A stretch of DNA of 64,000 bases from Octopus sinensis (GCF_006345805.1 NC_043019.1:31743360-31807359), one strand, 5' to 3'. Shown: positions 26,875 through 40,258, counted from the stretch's first letter. Notes: generated from the letters alone by a model not told the origin. Made by a program: numbers and translations.

Positions 26875-28624
26875 GATAATAATAATAATATACAAAACAA
26901 TACATTACATAATGTTGCATTAATATTGCATAAAACAAAAAAAAATGTAATGTGTATATGTATGTTTACACACATAAATACACACACATGCACACACACG
27001 TACACACACGCATGCCCATACACACATGCACATGCATATGTCTGCGTGTGTGTGTGTGTGTGTGTGTTCATGCCTGTATGTGTGAGTGATTATGCATCTT
27101 ACAGTTTACCTTTGTATTTTGAATGAACATTGTTATTCATTCTTGCATGGTGCAAGTTTATTTTCATCCCATCATTTCCATCAAACACATCCGGGTTTTT
27201 GAACAAAATTTTAATCCCCCCCCCCTCGGCTATCAGAAAGAATCTGAAAGAGTCCTTAACATTCCTCTATAACTGAAAACCTTTTGTCCTTCAAAACAAA
27301 CATTATATTTCTGTATCTGTCTCAGGTGGTTAAAGCGTTGGGCTCACAATCATGAGGTAGTGAGTTCAGTCTCCATAAACAAACTTACCTGGGCTTGTGC
27401 CTCGGAGGGGAAATTTCTAGGTGCAATTGCTTAGCCATTCGTGACCGAAGGAGGTCTTTTTACCTCTAATGCTGTATACATTACTTGGAATAGTTTTTTG
27501 TTCTGTCATAATCAGAAGATAAGTGTCATAGGCATTTTTCTAATAAGGTTTGAAACAGGGTTCAAAAATTGATTCAGGTTGTCTATCATGTTTTTTCAGT
27601 TGATGGAGAAATATTCAAATTTGCCAAGCTTGTATATCTATCATCTAAGTTTACACATAAATCTAGATATAAATACGGATATTTATATAGCTATAAGATA
27701 TCTATCTATTTCCATATCTCACCATATGGAGATATTTTCATCACAGTTCAACCATCACTTACAAACTGAAAGATGAAAGCAACCTTTATCTGAGGAAATT
27801 CCTTGTCCAGAAGCATTGATGAAAATCTTACTTTTTATTAGTACACCTATGCCTTCTTCTCGCCAATACCTTTATCTCTACATCCAGTTTATAATACCAG
27901 CTAGTAATGTCCTGCTACCAACATCTTCATAACACTATACCATATATGAGCTGGATCCTGTTGGTCTCATTTCTACTTGAATAATCCCTGATCAAGCAGA
28001 CTTATGGTGAACGTTGTTCCAGTCATGGCAATCCCTGGTTGTAATTTCTGGCATGTCCGGTAACCTCTGTGAAGGCACATGACTTAGCAGCTAAGGTATT
28101 CAGCTGATGGTTATAAGTTCAGGAGTTCTATTTCCAAAAGTGAATTGTATCCTTCAGCAAGACACTTTGTTTCATGTTACTCCAGTTCACTCAGTTAGGA
28201 AAAGTAAGTTCTACCTGTAGTTCGATGGGCCAGCCTGGTTTGGTGTTTCATGCTGAAACTCCCTGAGAACTACATCAAGGGGACGGACATGTGTCTGTGG
28301 AGGGCTCAGCCAATTGCGTGTTAATTTCACAAGCAGGCTGTTCCATTGATCAGATCAACTGGAACACTCATTGTTGTAACCGAAAGAGTACCAGGGCTTA
28401 GTAACCTCAAGGTTTCCTTGTTTGTAGCAATACGTGAGCTGTATCTTTGTGTCTATAAAATTAGATAAACTTAGATATGTTTTGGTCAAAAATTGGCTCA
28501 GACCATGTCTGACTCAACCACACATCCTGATAGAATCTGTTAAGTCTTATAGGCACATGGTGTATAAAATCACACACATAGTTCATAGCAGATAAGATTT
28601 GACTGGCATGCAGTAACTGGACAC

Positions 28625-28670
28625 CTCCTACTGATGAATTCCAGTAGAATGAAATCATGTGATAAGAGAG
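28625..28670 (+). ncRNA. Hammerhead motif, first of a tandem pair
   Basis: CTGATGA attc cagta gaat GAAA tcatgtga T A. Perfect 4-bp stem II, near-palindromic stem III ATCATGTGAT, weak stem I. Confidence 0.6.
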
Positions 28671-28968
28671 TCCCAGCATCCATGACAGATGATTCTCGTC
28701 TGCTACAGAGTATCTGTACATTTTTATGCACCAAGCACTGATATCATAGCATCTCTTGAGACTAATAATGCAGTATTTGGTGTTCTAACAAGGCATCAAC
28801 ATTAAGTTGGGTATAATGATTACTTTTGTTATTAGTACTGCATCCATCATTAATAATTAGTTTTTAACAGGCTTGCTTGATATTTGCAATACCAGTGTCA
28901 GTAAAGATGCTGATATTCTACATTATATCTTAGCAGCAAGATTTGACTGGCATGTGGTGAGCAGACAT

Positions 28969-29013
28969 CTCCCACTGATGATTACCAGTAGAATGAAATC
29001 AGGGGATATGAGA
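28969..29013 (+). ncRNA. Degenerate hammerhead motif, second of the tandem pair
   Basis: CTGATGA ttac cagta gaat GAAA tcagggga T A tgaga. Lies 344 bp after copy 1; stems II and III are disrupted. Confidence 0.5.
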
Positions 29014-30208
29014 CTTCCAGTACCCATGACAGACAATTCTTTTCTGCTATAATTTATGTGTGTGTGCACCAAACCCCTAAATGAGAGTATCTCTTGAGGC
29101 TAGTAATGCAGTATTTGTTATTCTAACAAGGCATCCTGGTTAAGTTGGATATAAGCCGTTTTGCAAATAATATATATGTGTGTGTGTTTATGTGGTGTGT
29201 GTGAGTATGTGCTTGTGTGGGTGTATGGTGTGGGAATGTGTGTTAGTGGGTGGGTGTGTGCTTGTGTGGGATGTGTGTATATGTGGTGTATGTGAGTGTG
29301 TGTGCTTGTGTGGTGTGTGTGTGTGTGAGTGTATTGTGTGCATGTGAGTGTGTGTGGTTGTGCCTGTGTGGTGTATGTGTGGGCTTGTGTAGTGTGTGCA
29401 TGTGTGTGTGTAGCTATGTGTATGAGTATACATGCATATATGTATGACAGGTATGTATGTATGAAGGCATATGGCTTATTGGTTAGGGTAGTCATGAGTT
29501 CAATTCCTGATGGTGAATTCTGACCTTAAGCAAGACACTTTATTTCACATTTTCTCCTGTCCACTCGGCTGGCAAAAATGAGTAGTACCTGTAATTCAAA
29601 GGGGCCAGCCTGGTTACATTCTGTGTTACACTGAATCTCCCTGAGAACTTTGTTAAGGGTAGGCATGTTTGTGGAGTGCTCAGCCACCACTAACACATTA
29701 ATTTCATGAACAGGCTGTTCCATACATTGGATCAACTGGAACCCTCATCGTCATAACCAACAGTCCCAGTTTTATATTTACGTCGATAGGCATGGGAGTA
29801 TATGTATGTGTATGTCTGCGTGCTGGCATATACGCATATAAATGCATGTGTGTGTGTTTGTATATATCTGTGTGTGTGTGTATACATACATAAATATACA
29901 CACACATACATATATATGTATATACATACATATATATATATATATATATATCAAAGTCATATGTATATATATATATATATATTATATGTGTGTGTATATA
30001 TATATATATATATACACATATATAAATATACACACACACATCCACATATATATATATGTATATACATAAATATATATACATATATAAATATACATATCAA
30101 AGCCATATGTATATATATATTATATATATATATGACTTTGGTAGCTTATGAATGCATTCTCTATTATATACACTACCCTAAATTATGTTGCATCGTGCCC
30201 TATACCAA

Positions 30209-32210
30209 TAGATAGATAGACAGATAGATAGATGATGGCAATCCACTTTGACCGAGGAAAACCGTTACTGACCATTAGGAACATTGTGCACTCAGGACTA
30301 CCTTATACTTTACAATTGCAGCTCCATTGGTGACTAACAAGCCCTGCTCTTGACAAATATATGCAATTGCTAACATTGCAGACTAAGCTTTCCCCATTCA
30401 TTACACTCGCAGTGCATTTCTGAGCAGCACACTTAAATTTTACATGAAGAATATGTACTCTTTCAAAGGTATCGACTCCCTCCTTTACCTGTTTCCTCTA
30501 TCCATGGCGATGACAAACATTGCTCTTCCAGTCATCCTCCCACATTTCACTGGCCTTTGATGAGGACTTTACACAGTCTTTAAATCACAGTCTTGGCTTT
30601 TGGCTGTTTGGGGATCCTGCTATCCTTCATTCTAACTTGGTGTCCTGTCCAACATAACCAGTGTTTGTGCACCATTGCCTCAATACTCAGGATATATCGG
30701 CTTTCCTCAGGACCTGTGTATCTGAAGTTTTTAAAGTCCAGCCAGCATATAAGAATGTTTCTCAGACATCTCTAATGGAAGCATTCAAGGACCTCTAATT
30801 GACGTTTGTAAAGGGTCCATGTCTCAAATGAGTAAAGGAGTGATGTCAGTACACATGCTCAGTACACAGCAATTTTTGTTTCCCTTGTGATGCCATGCTG
30901 GGACCAGACAAGAGACTTAAGAAACTGGAAGGAATCAGTTGCTCTCTGCAGTCTGAAAGATATTTCATCATCCAGGGAGCAAGAACGGCTGAATGTGCAG
31001 CCCAGGTAGACAAACTTGTCTACCACTTTCAGTATTGTTCCTTCAACCAAGAGAGCTGGTTCCACATATTTGTTTCCTGGTGCAGGATGGAACATTATAA
31101 CAGTCTTGTGCAGGCTAATGCTGAATCCAAATGCCTTGCAAGAAGCAGAAATACAATTCACAAGTATTTGCATATCATCTGCTGTATGAGTGACTAAGTC
31201 ACAGTCATCTGCATAAAGGAGGTCACAAATAAGAGACTGGAAAACTTTTGAATTGGCAGCAAATTGATGTAGGTTAAAAAGATCTAGAGAAAAGAGAGTT
31301 GGTGCAAGGATGTCACCCTGCTTGACATCGTTCTCTACAGGGATGGGTCCCACCATGCCACCACCAACATTGACCCAGGCCTCCATCCCACCATGAATTG
31401 ATTTGATTATTGATACAAAGTTATCCTCACATCGAAGTTTGCCAAATATTTTCCACAGGGAGGCCCTATTCAGTATCAAAGGCCTTGGTTAAATCAATGA
31501 ATACCTGGACAAGATCCATATTCTACTCATAGCATTTTTCCTGCATCTGTCTTTCTGTGAAAATCATATCCATCATTCCTCTTCTAGGTCAGAAACCACA
31601 TTGCGATTCAGATAGGACATCATTTACAAGACACCTATTCAGGTGGGTAAGAAGAATACTTGCCAGTAGAGCAATACCTCTGTAGTTGCCACACTGTACT
31701 CTGGCTCTCTCTCCTTTATAGAGAAAAAGAATAATTGCATCCTTCCAGTCCTTAGGCATTGCACCATCCGTCCAGATTATACCAAGTTCACGAAGGGACT
31801 GTTTGATGTGATGACCACTAAATTGCAGGACCTCAGCATAAATACCATCCTAACCTGGTGCCTTACCAAGATTCAATTTACTTATTGCTGCCATTACCTC
31901 ATTTATTGAGGACGTAGAATTTAAGGAGCTAATGACAGGTCTCTGTTGCATAGTGTCAATCATTGCTTCGTCCAAAACTGGCTCGTGGTTTAAGGGTTCA
32001 GAAAAATGTTCAATCCAGCAACCCGTGATCTCTCTTTATTAGTAAACAGAGTAGAAGACTCCTTGGAAAGCAAAGGGGCTGATGCAGAGTTCTTAGGCCC
32101 ATAAACTTGCTTCATAAGATAGTAAAGCTTTTTGCCGTCATTTGCATCAGAAGCAGCCTGAACGTCATGAGCAAGATACCCTCACCAGGTATCTTGAGAG
32201 ATTGCTGCAG
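30209..32210 (-). mobile_element. 5'-truncated RTE-clade LINE (linker, RT and C-terminal zinc-finger-like end)
   Basis: GKAPG.DGI, SQCGF, KAFD, VKQGDILAPTLFSL, LLYADD, FVYLG, and terminal C..C....GLVSHQ..C. Contains stops and frameshifts; (TCTA)n tail. Confidence 0.92.
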
Positions 32211-32795
32211 ATAGATAGATAGATAGATAGATAGATACATACATACATACATACATACATACATACACACACACATACATACATACATACATACATACAT
32301 ACACACATACATACATGCATACACATACATGTATACATACATAAACATATACATATATAACTGAACTATTCCAGCTGCCCCTTTCCTTTTAAAAACACAT
32401 CCTCATTCCTCATTCTACATTTACCATTTCTCATTTTGGCATATTGATTGAAAATATGCACTGAATTTTCTTCTATTCCTTCTCTTTCTGTCAATGACAC
32501 CAGGACGGCATGACTAGAATAGTTATACTAATCCACTAAATTTAAATTTCAACTTGTATTTTTAAAACAAAATATTTTTCTAAATATCTAGATTAGATTA
32601 ACAATAGTTTGTTTTCTTTTTTTTGTGGGGGGGTTTTTCTCTCCTTTCTTTATCTTTGCTTATTTTTCTGTTGTAATTTTGCAGGTTTGTCTTTTCAAGC
32701 TTTTTGTGTCATGGTTTTGCCAAACTGTACTTCTTTAGCGGCTTCATTTCTTTCATTATTATTATCATGATCATTATTATTGTTGTTATTATTAC

Positions 32796-32833
<38 letters not shown>

Positions 32834-33450
32834 TATTATTATTACTATTATTATTATGAAATTACAAAAGACAAAAAAGTTCCATCCATATTGCATGCTT
32901 AACAAAAATATTGCAGAGTGGGCTGTGTGTATATATATATATATTTATATATATATATATATATATCATAACTGTTTCAGATTTAAGGACTGCTTTACGT
33001 AGCTATATCTTTAGAAGTTGTTTGAAGTTTTTGCATTTGGAATATTTGAATTTCATTTCTTTCAATTAGCATGTTTTTCCGTATACTAAGCTAATGTTAA
33101 ATGTATATACACATGCATACACACACACACACACACACAAACATATATATATATATATATAGTGTACTGTTCCATGATGGTAGGATCAACAAAAAAATTA
33201 CTCCGTCTGGTGAGAGATAAATGATGTTTAATAAACACAATATATGTTTTAATGTGCTACTATTCATTTCATGTGCTGTCCACGTGGCATAGTGAACTAC
33301 AATTTCAGTTCCTTATTCCATGTGAGTAGTGTCTGATGATTGTGTTAGGACACCAGACATGTTAAAAAACACTGTTTGACATGCTCTCAGTACAAGAAAC
33401 TAACAGTGCCACATAAAAACACATATTGTGTGTGTGTGTGTGTGTGTATG

Positions 33451-33540
<90 letters not shown>

Positions 33541-33625
33541 CATACACACACACACACACACAATATGTGTTTTTATGTGGCACTGTTAGTTTCTTGTACT
33601 GAGAGCATGTCAAACATGCACAAAG

Positions 33626-33703
33626 GTTGTCATTATAGTACTTGGAGTTTCAAATGTCAGAGCGAAGAGCTACGATACATTCTCATCAGCTATTAATGGC
33701 AAC
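33626..33703 (-). ncRNA. Type I hammerhead ribozyme with long stem I
   Basis: Minus strand reads gttgccattaatag CTGATGA gaatg (21-nt loop) cattt GAAA ctccaag T A ctataatgacaac. Stem I about 12 bp with a bulge and a mismatch, stem II 5 bp, GUA site. Confidence 0.75.
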
Positions 33704-34198
33704 AGATGCTATGGAAAACCATTGAACAAAAGGGAAGTTACTCTAATAGATGGAAAAAGAAAAAAGATTTTTAAAAAATACATGCAACCTTATTCTCACA
33801 ATACATAGACATAAACCTCCTGCATTCACAACATCCACATGTGTACACACTCACACAAACATGTATATGCACATACATTCGAAACTCCGAGTACTATAAT
33901 GACAACCTTTTACTGCTTGTTCTAAATTATATATATAAATAGTCCTCTATTTATCTAATATCGAGGTCTCATTCTTTTGTTATTACTTGTTATTATTATT
34001 ATTATTGTTATTATTGTTAATAACAAAGGGTAAAATTAATTAATTAAGAATTAATCAGTAATTTCACCAAGTAGAATTCGGCATGAAAAAAGACCGTTTC
34101 ACAGTAAACTTAAGTAATACTTTATAATTAGGGTTCAGCAAAAATTTGCTTTACCACATACTGAAGTTTAATATATATATATATATATAATATATATA

Positions 34199-34237
<39 letters not shown>

Positions 34238-34318
34238 CACACACACACACACACAATATGTGTTTTTATGTGGCACTGTTAGTTTCTTGTACTGAGAGCA
34301 TGTCAAACATGCACAAAG

Positions 34319-34396
34319 GTTGTCATTATAGTACTTGGAGTTTCAAATGTCAGAGCGAAGAGCTACGATACATTCTCATCAGCTATTAATGGCAAC
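34319..34396 (-). ncRNA. Identical hammerhead copy 693 bp from the previous one
   Basis: Same sequence as 33626-33703, inside the tandem duplication. Confidence 0.7.
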
Positions 34397-34884
34397 AGAT
34401 GCTATGGAAAACCATTGAATAAAAGGGAAGTTACTCTAATAGATGGAAAAAGAAAAAAGATTTTTAAAAAATACATGCAACCTTATTCTCACAATACATA
34501 GACATAAACCTCCTGCATTCACAACATCCACATGTGTACACACTCACACAAACATGTATATGCACATACATTCGAAACTCCGAGTACTATAATGACAACC
34601 TTTTACTGCTTGTTCTAAATTATATATATAAATAGTCCTCTATTTATCTAATATCGAGGTCTCATTCTTTTGTTATTACTTGTTATTATTATTATTATTG
34701 TTATTATTGTTAATAACAAAGGGTAAAATTAATTAATTAAGAATTAATCAGTAATTTCACCAAGTAGAATTCGGCATGAAAAAAGACCGTTTCACAGTAA
34801 ACTTAAGTAATACTTTATAATTAGGGTTCAGCAAAAATTTGCTTTACCACATACTGAAGTTTAATATATATATATATATATATA

Positions 34885-35250
34885 TACTACAGCACTCCAC
34901 TGGTTACAACGACAAGGGTTCCAAGTAATCCAATCAATGGAACAGCCTGCTCATGAAATTAATGTGCAAGTGGCTGAGCATTCCACAGACATGTGTACCA
35001 TTAACATAGTTCTCAGGGAGATTCAGCATGACACAGTGTGACAAGGCTGGCCCTTTTGAAATACAGGTACAATAGAAACAGGAAGAAAGAGTGAGAGAAA
35101 GTTGTGGTGAAAAAGTACAGCAGGGTTCGCCACCACCTCCTGCTGGAGCTTTGTGGAGCTTTAAGTGTTTTTGCTCAATAAACGCTCACAACGCCTGGTC
35201 TGGGAATCGAAACTGCAATCCTATGACCACAAGTCTGCTGCCCTAACATG
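34885..35250 (-). mobile_element. tRNA-headed SINE family D, representative copy
   Basis: A/B-box tRNA-like head at the right end. Copies at about 13540-13720, 14139-14447, 18232-18437 and 41503-41815 (-), and 28085-28392, 29465-29760, 54470-54700 and 56895-57150 (+). Confidence 0.75.
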
Positions 35251-36344
35251 AATATCTTTTTAATAGTTTCCTCTGATTTTAATTACTGACTTATGTCAAT
35301 TAGGGAGATACCTCCATTAGATAGGAATCTGTGTAAACTATCTTTCCTTGTTTACAACAGTAGACTCCAGTACACGGTAACACGCATGTGCACCAGTATG
35401 CTCATGCACCAGTACACACACAGACACACACATATACACACTTAAACATGTATACATTGTTGATGTCATAAGAATTAATAAACTTTGGAGAGAACGTGAA
35501 ATAATTCTTATTTGAAACTGGATCTTGAAGCACGTATAAAGCACATATTTTACTCAAACGGGTCCCCATAACCATTTGATGTCTAAAAGAATCCCCTTAT
35601 ACAGGTGTAGCTACAGTTGTGTGCTACAAAGTTTGCATCCCAATTACATGGTTCCAGGTTCAGTCCCATGGCATGTCAACTTGGGCAAGTGTTTTCTACT
35701 ATAGCCTCAGGCTGACCAAAGCCTTGTGAGTGGATTTTGTAGATGGAAACTGAAAGAAACCCATTGTGTATATATGTATGGATCTGTGTTGATCTTTGTA
35801 CCTGTGCTTGTCACCCACCACCACTTGACAACCAGTGTTGGTGTGTTTACATCCCCATAACTTAGTGGTTCGGGAAAAGTGACCAATAGAATAAGTACAA
35901 AGCTTTTAAAAAAATTAAGTACTGGGGTTGATCTGCTAGACTAAAATTTTTCAATGCAGTGCCCCAGCATGGCTGCAGTTTAATGAATGAAACAAGTAAA
36001 ACATAAAAGATGTGTGTGTGTGTGTATGTGTGTGTGTGCATGTGTGTGTGTGTGTGTGAACAAGAACAAGACTGCATCATTCAATAACCAGTTAATGACA
36101 TTTATAAAACAAGATAAATTTATCATAAGTCTGTGATATTTTCAATGCAAACTGAAAGAAAAGAGGTACCATCCAGGGAAATGGCACCCAACTTTACCCA
36201 CAAGGTTCTTTACTTCGTTGAATTTTACTAAATAAAAATGAGTTAAGCACTACAATTAATACTTTGGAAATTTTTTAAACTTTTGTTGCTTAAAAGCGTG
36301 ATTTTTCATTTCACTACATTTTTTAAAAAAATTTTTTATTTTGC

Positions 36345-36885
36345 CTTCTTTAACCCTTTTGTTACCAAATTCCAATTGAAATTCACTGCCTTTGTTTAAA
36401 TTCATTTTGAAAATGTTCAAGAATTTTGAGATATGACAATAATTATTAAGCTGATGTTTGGAACATTAATTAGCTTGGAACATTAATTAGTATTAATTAG
36501 TTTGGAACATTAATTACAAAGAAATTTGGAGAGATTTTAATTTAGATCACTCTAAACCTTTCATTACTATATTTCTATTGAAATTCACTGCCTTTCGCTT
36601 AATTAATTTTGAAAATGATGAAGAGTTTTGTGAGATAATGATACTTATTAAACTGATGTCTGGAACATTAATTAACACATCTTAATGAAAGATTTTAATT
36701 TTGATCATTTTGACCCTTTCGCTATCATATTTCAATTGCAGCACACTGCATTTGTTTCGATTAATTTCAAAATTAATGAAGGATTTCGTAAAAATAACTC
36801 TATCATTAATAAGTTAGAGTCTGAGATATAAATTAACATGGAATTTTAATGGAAATTTTTGATTTGGATCGCTTTAAAAAGTGGA
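36345..36885. repeat. Tandem AT-rich repeat family with units of about 160-200 bp
   Basis: AATTCACTGCCTTTG...AAGCTGATGTTTGGAACA...TTAGATCAC units. The family also occurs at 5380-5540, 51395-51915 and 52560-52720. Confidence 0.75.
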
Positions 36886-37105
36886 AGTTTTTATCAAAGG
36901 ACCAGGGACAGTCTCAGGCGAGGTGGTACCAAAAAGGTGAATGAAAAATAAATAAATGAACTTTATATGTATTTCCTTTCAGTTTTTCAGCCATTTGAAG
37001 AACCCTTTCTTCAAATATTAATTGATTGTTGAATTTAGGATTGCTTAGAAAATGCATATTTTTCTACATTAAATATAGACATTAATTTAATAAAAGTTAC
37101 TAAAT

Positions 37106-37136
<31 letters not shown>

Positions 37137-38401
37137 TACACAGAGTTAATCATAAGTTTTAAACAAATAAACCAGCTTTACGTCATAAATTGAATGCTTT
37201 CTTCTCTGTCTATATTTAACTTTAATCCCCTTTTACTACAGAAAACCGTTTTATAAACCATTCTATTTTTGTTGAGTAATCCCATATTTGAAACTATTTT
37301 CTGTTGAAATATGGCAAGTTTATTTGAGGCAATATAAGTTGCAGAAAATACCATTTCTAGTTTTTGGTAGATATTTAACTTCATTACTGGGATAATCTAG
37401 GGAATCTATGTGATCAAAGACATTCCAACGATGACTGTCCTACTTTTTTTCCAGACACACTGAATTCAGGACTACATTATCCAATGTTTCTTACTTTATT
37501 TTAACCATTTTATTGCGGAAATCAAATATATTCACTCAAAATTTCATTACCCTTAACAACAGAAAATAGTTTTATATACCAATCTGTATTTTGTTGAGAA
37601 ATGTCATGTTTGAAATTATTTCCTGTTGTGATATGGCAAGTTTGTTGAGGTAGTGTGCCTTGCAGAAAATAACAGTTCTATTTTTTGGTTGATATTTAAC
37701 ATCATTATTCGAATAACCAGAAATTTAATTTCACAGCTAAAGGATTAAACAAAATAAATGGTCTTTTTTTTCTATTTTTAAATGTATGAAACTTCATGAT
37801 GTATATTTTCTTACTTTCACTTGTTTTCAAAATCTCTCATCTTAATGTTTCCATTTTACTGTGTTTATATTTGTTTTCATACTTGATCAAATTATTTCAT
37901 TTCTAAATTCTGATTTCTTCTCATTCAATGTTAATAAATATTTTCAAATAATCATCTCACAACAACATTAAAACCTAAAAGCGTAAATATTTTCTGGTAT
38001 ACAAGTCAACATAGTATATAGTGTAGACACGTGGTGTAAACATTCAAACATTGTCACTATCTTTCCAAAACTTCCTGCATTTCACATGGAATTTCTAGTC
38101 CTCAAAAATCATTTAGTTATGTAAGTCAACCTATCTCTTTTTGGCTGTAAATTTTGATTTAAAAATTTGACTTGTATGCTGGAAAATACATTAACTTGGT
38201 AAATACTTTGATATGTAATAATAGATGGATTAAGCCCATCAAATCAAACCCAATCAGCAATTTATTATATGTAAATTATGCTAGCAGACCTACTTCCTTA
38301 TATTTTAATAATCGAAATCCTATTTGGTGAAATTTGAACTCAAACCATTAAAACAGTGACATTAACAACTTGGGAAAGTATTGATTCAAAAATTTCTCTT
38401 A

Positions 38402-38446
38402 GTTGTTCTGATGAAGCCTTTTGAAGCAGAAACACATGTCCACAGC
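38402..38446 (+). ncRNA. Near-intact minimal hammerhead motif
   Basis: gttgtt CTGATGA agc cttttgaa gca GAAA cacatg T C cacagc. Core and GUC intact; mismatches at the core-proximal pairs of stems I and II. Confidence 0.5.
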
Positions 38447-39169
38447 TCTCATTTTGTTTCTAGATAATCAAACTGCTTTTTAGCTTATGGCAAGTTCATT
38501 TTGAAGAAATTCTTGATTCTTGAGATTTTCTCAACTTCTTATCTGGAGTTCATTCCTTTAAATACCAAGAGAATGATCAAACTTCTCCTGGAAGAAGAGA
38601 GAATTTCAGTAAATTAAGAATATATGTTTTATGCTAATTAATATACTTTTATTTGTCTTAGTTGTTCAAATATATGACTCTAGCCAATCAGAGCTATTTT
38701 GCTTTGCCCATGTTACACACACATACACACACACACATTTTAGCTGATTTTATTTATTAGTTTCATGCATGAGAGTTTGGGAAATCCAATTTCAACACCA
38801 ACACTCATCAGGAGCAATAGAAAAATATGACCTAAGCTTTTTGCGTGTATCAAAATGCCATGCTAGACAAGGGAATTCACCCATACCATATTACATGCGT
38901 GATTGCTTCCCTTGACTTATCCAGTCTTAGTGTCATCTACTTTAAAATGTAGCCGATTTGTTAGTATTACAGTAGTAGTAGTAGTAGTAGTAGCCCTTTC
39001 TACTATATGCACAAGGCGTGAAATTTTGGAGAGGAGACTAGTCAATTACATTGACCCCAATATTTCACTAGTACTTAATTTATCAACTCCAAAAGGATGG
39101 AAGTCAAAGTCAACCTTGACGAAATTTAAACTCAGAACATAGTGGCAGACGAAATACCACTAAGCATTT

Positions 39170-39990
39170 CGTCTAGCATGGGGAGTTTGCCTTTCAGCTC
39201 TTTCGGAATCGATAACATAAGTACCATAAGTTGGTAACTGGAGTTGATATAATTGACTTACTCCCTCCCCAAAACTGCTGGCATTGTGCCAAAATCTTAA
39301 ACCATTATTATTATTATCAAAGGCTGTGAGCTGGCAGAATCGTTATGTGCTGGGCGAAATGCCTATTATTATTATTATTATTATTATTATTATCATTATT
39401 ATTCAAATTCCACCTAGGTCGACATTGCTTTTCACCCTTCCAGGGTTGATAAATTGAGTTCTAGTGAAACACTGGGGTCAATGTAATCAACTAGACCCCC
39501 TCCCCACCCCAAATTTCAGGCCTTGTGCCTTTAGTAGAAAGGATTATTATTATTATTATTATTTAAGGTGGTGAGCTGGCAGAACCATTAGCTTGCTGGG
39601 CAAAATGCTTCGTGGTATTTCATCCACCCTTACGTTTTGAGTTCACATTCTACCAAGGACAACTTCACCTTTCATCCTTTTAGGGTCAATAAATTAAGTA
39701 CCAGTGATTGACTTAACCCCTACCCCCAAAATTTCAGGCCTTGTGCCTTTAGTAGAAAGAATTATTATTAAAGCAGCTAGCTAACAGAATCATTAGCATG
39801 CTGGGCGAAATGCTTAGCAGTATTTCGTCTGTCTTTACGTTCTGAGTTCAAATTCCAACCAGATCAATTTTGCCTTTCATCCTTTCGGGGATCAATAAAC
39901 TAAGGACCAGTGGATTTCTGGTATCGATGTAATCGATTTCCCCACTCTATGAAATTGCTGAACTTGAGGTGAAATTTGAAAGCATTATCA
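39170..39990 (+). mobile_element. Tandem cluster of SINE family B copies separated by (ATT)n
   Basis: GAGCTGGCAGAATCGTTAGC...GAGTTCAAATTC...GGGGTCGATAAATTAAGTACCAG is repeated. Similar clusters at 25130-26580, 44684-45340 and 60872-61290(-). Confidence 0.85.
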
Positions 39991-40045
39991 TCATCATCAT
40001 CATCATCCTCATCATCATTATTGCTATTGTTGTCGATTATTTTAG

Positions 40046-40180
40046 GTATTCCCTCATGAGCTTGAAAACCAGCATGAATACAACAACTTCACTGACTGGT
40101 TACACACGTTTGAGTTGTATCGAGGAAAGAAAGTGAGTGGCGATGATGCAGATGAAAGCAGAGTTGTTGGGAAATTCAAA
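40046..40180 (+). CDS. OTOF: Otoferlin-like exon: [45 protein letters not shown]
   Basis: ttttAG acceptor and GTAAGT donor, 135 nt, phase 0/0. Strong match to the ferlin motif ELE...F.DWL.TF.L.RGK...R.VG.FK. Confidence 0.95.
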
Positions 40181-40212
40181 GTAAGTACACGTATGCAAAT
40201 ACACACACACAC

Positions 40213-40258
<46 letters not shown>

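Larger units (their letters stand above)
33541..34865. repeat. Near-identical 693-bp tandem duplication joined at (TA)n
   Basis: 33541-34233 matches 34234-34865. I saw only one substitution (GAAC versus GAAT) outside the microsatellites. Confidence 0.95.

Noticed and set aside
32641-32740. Strong acceptor ttttgcAG followed by VCLFKLFVSWFCQTVLL*
   Set aside because: No nearby polyA signal or donor, and such acceptor-like tracts are common in this intron.
33328-33375. CTGATGA-ttgtg..cacca-GACATGTT hammerhead-like remnant
   Set aside because: GAAA is missing and stem I is interrupted, so it is too degenerate to call.
38760-38820. Minus-strand CTGATGA near a TCATGCATGA palindrome
   Set aside because: No stem II closing onto GAAA and no stem I partner.
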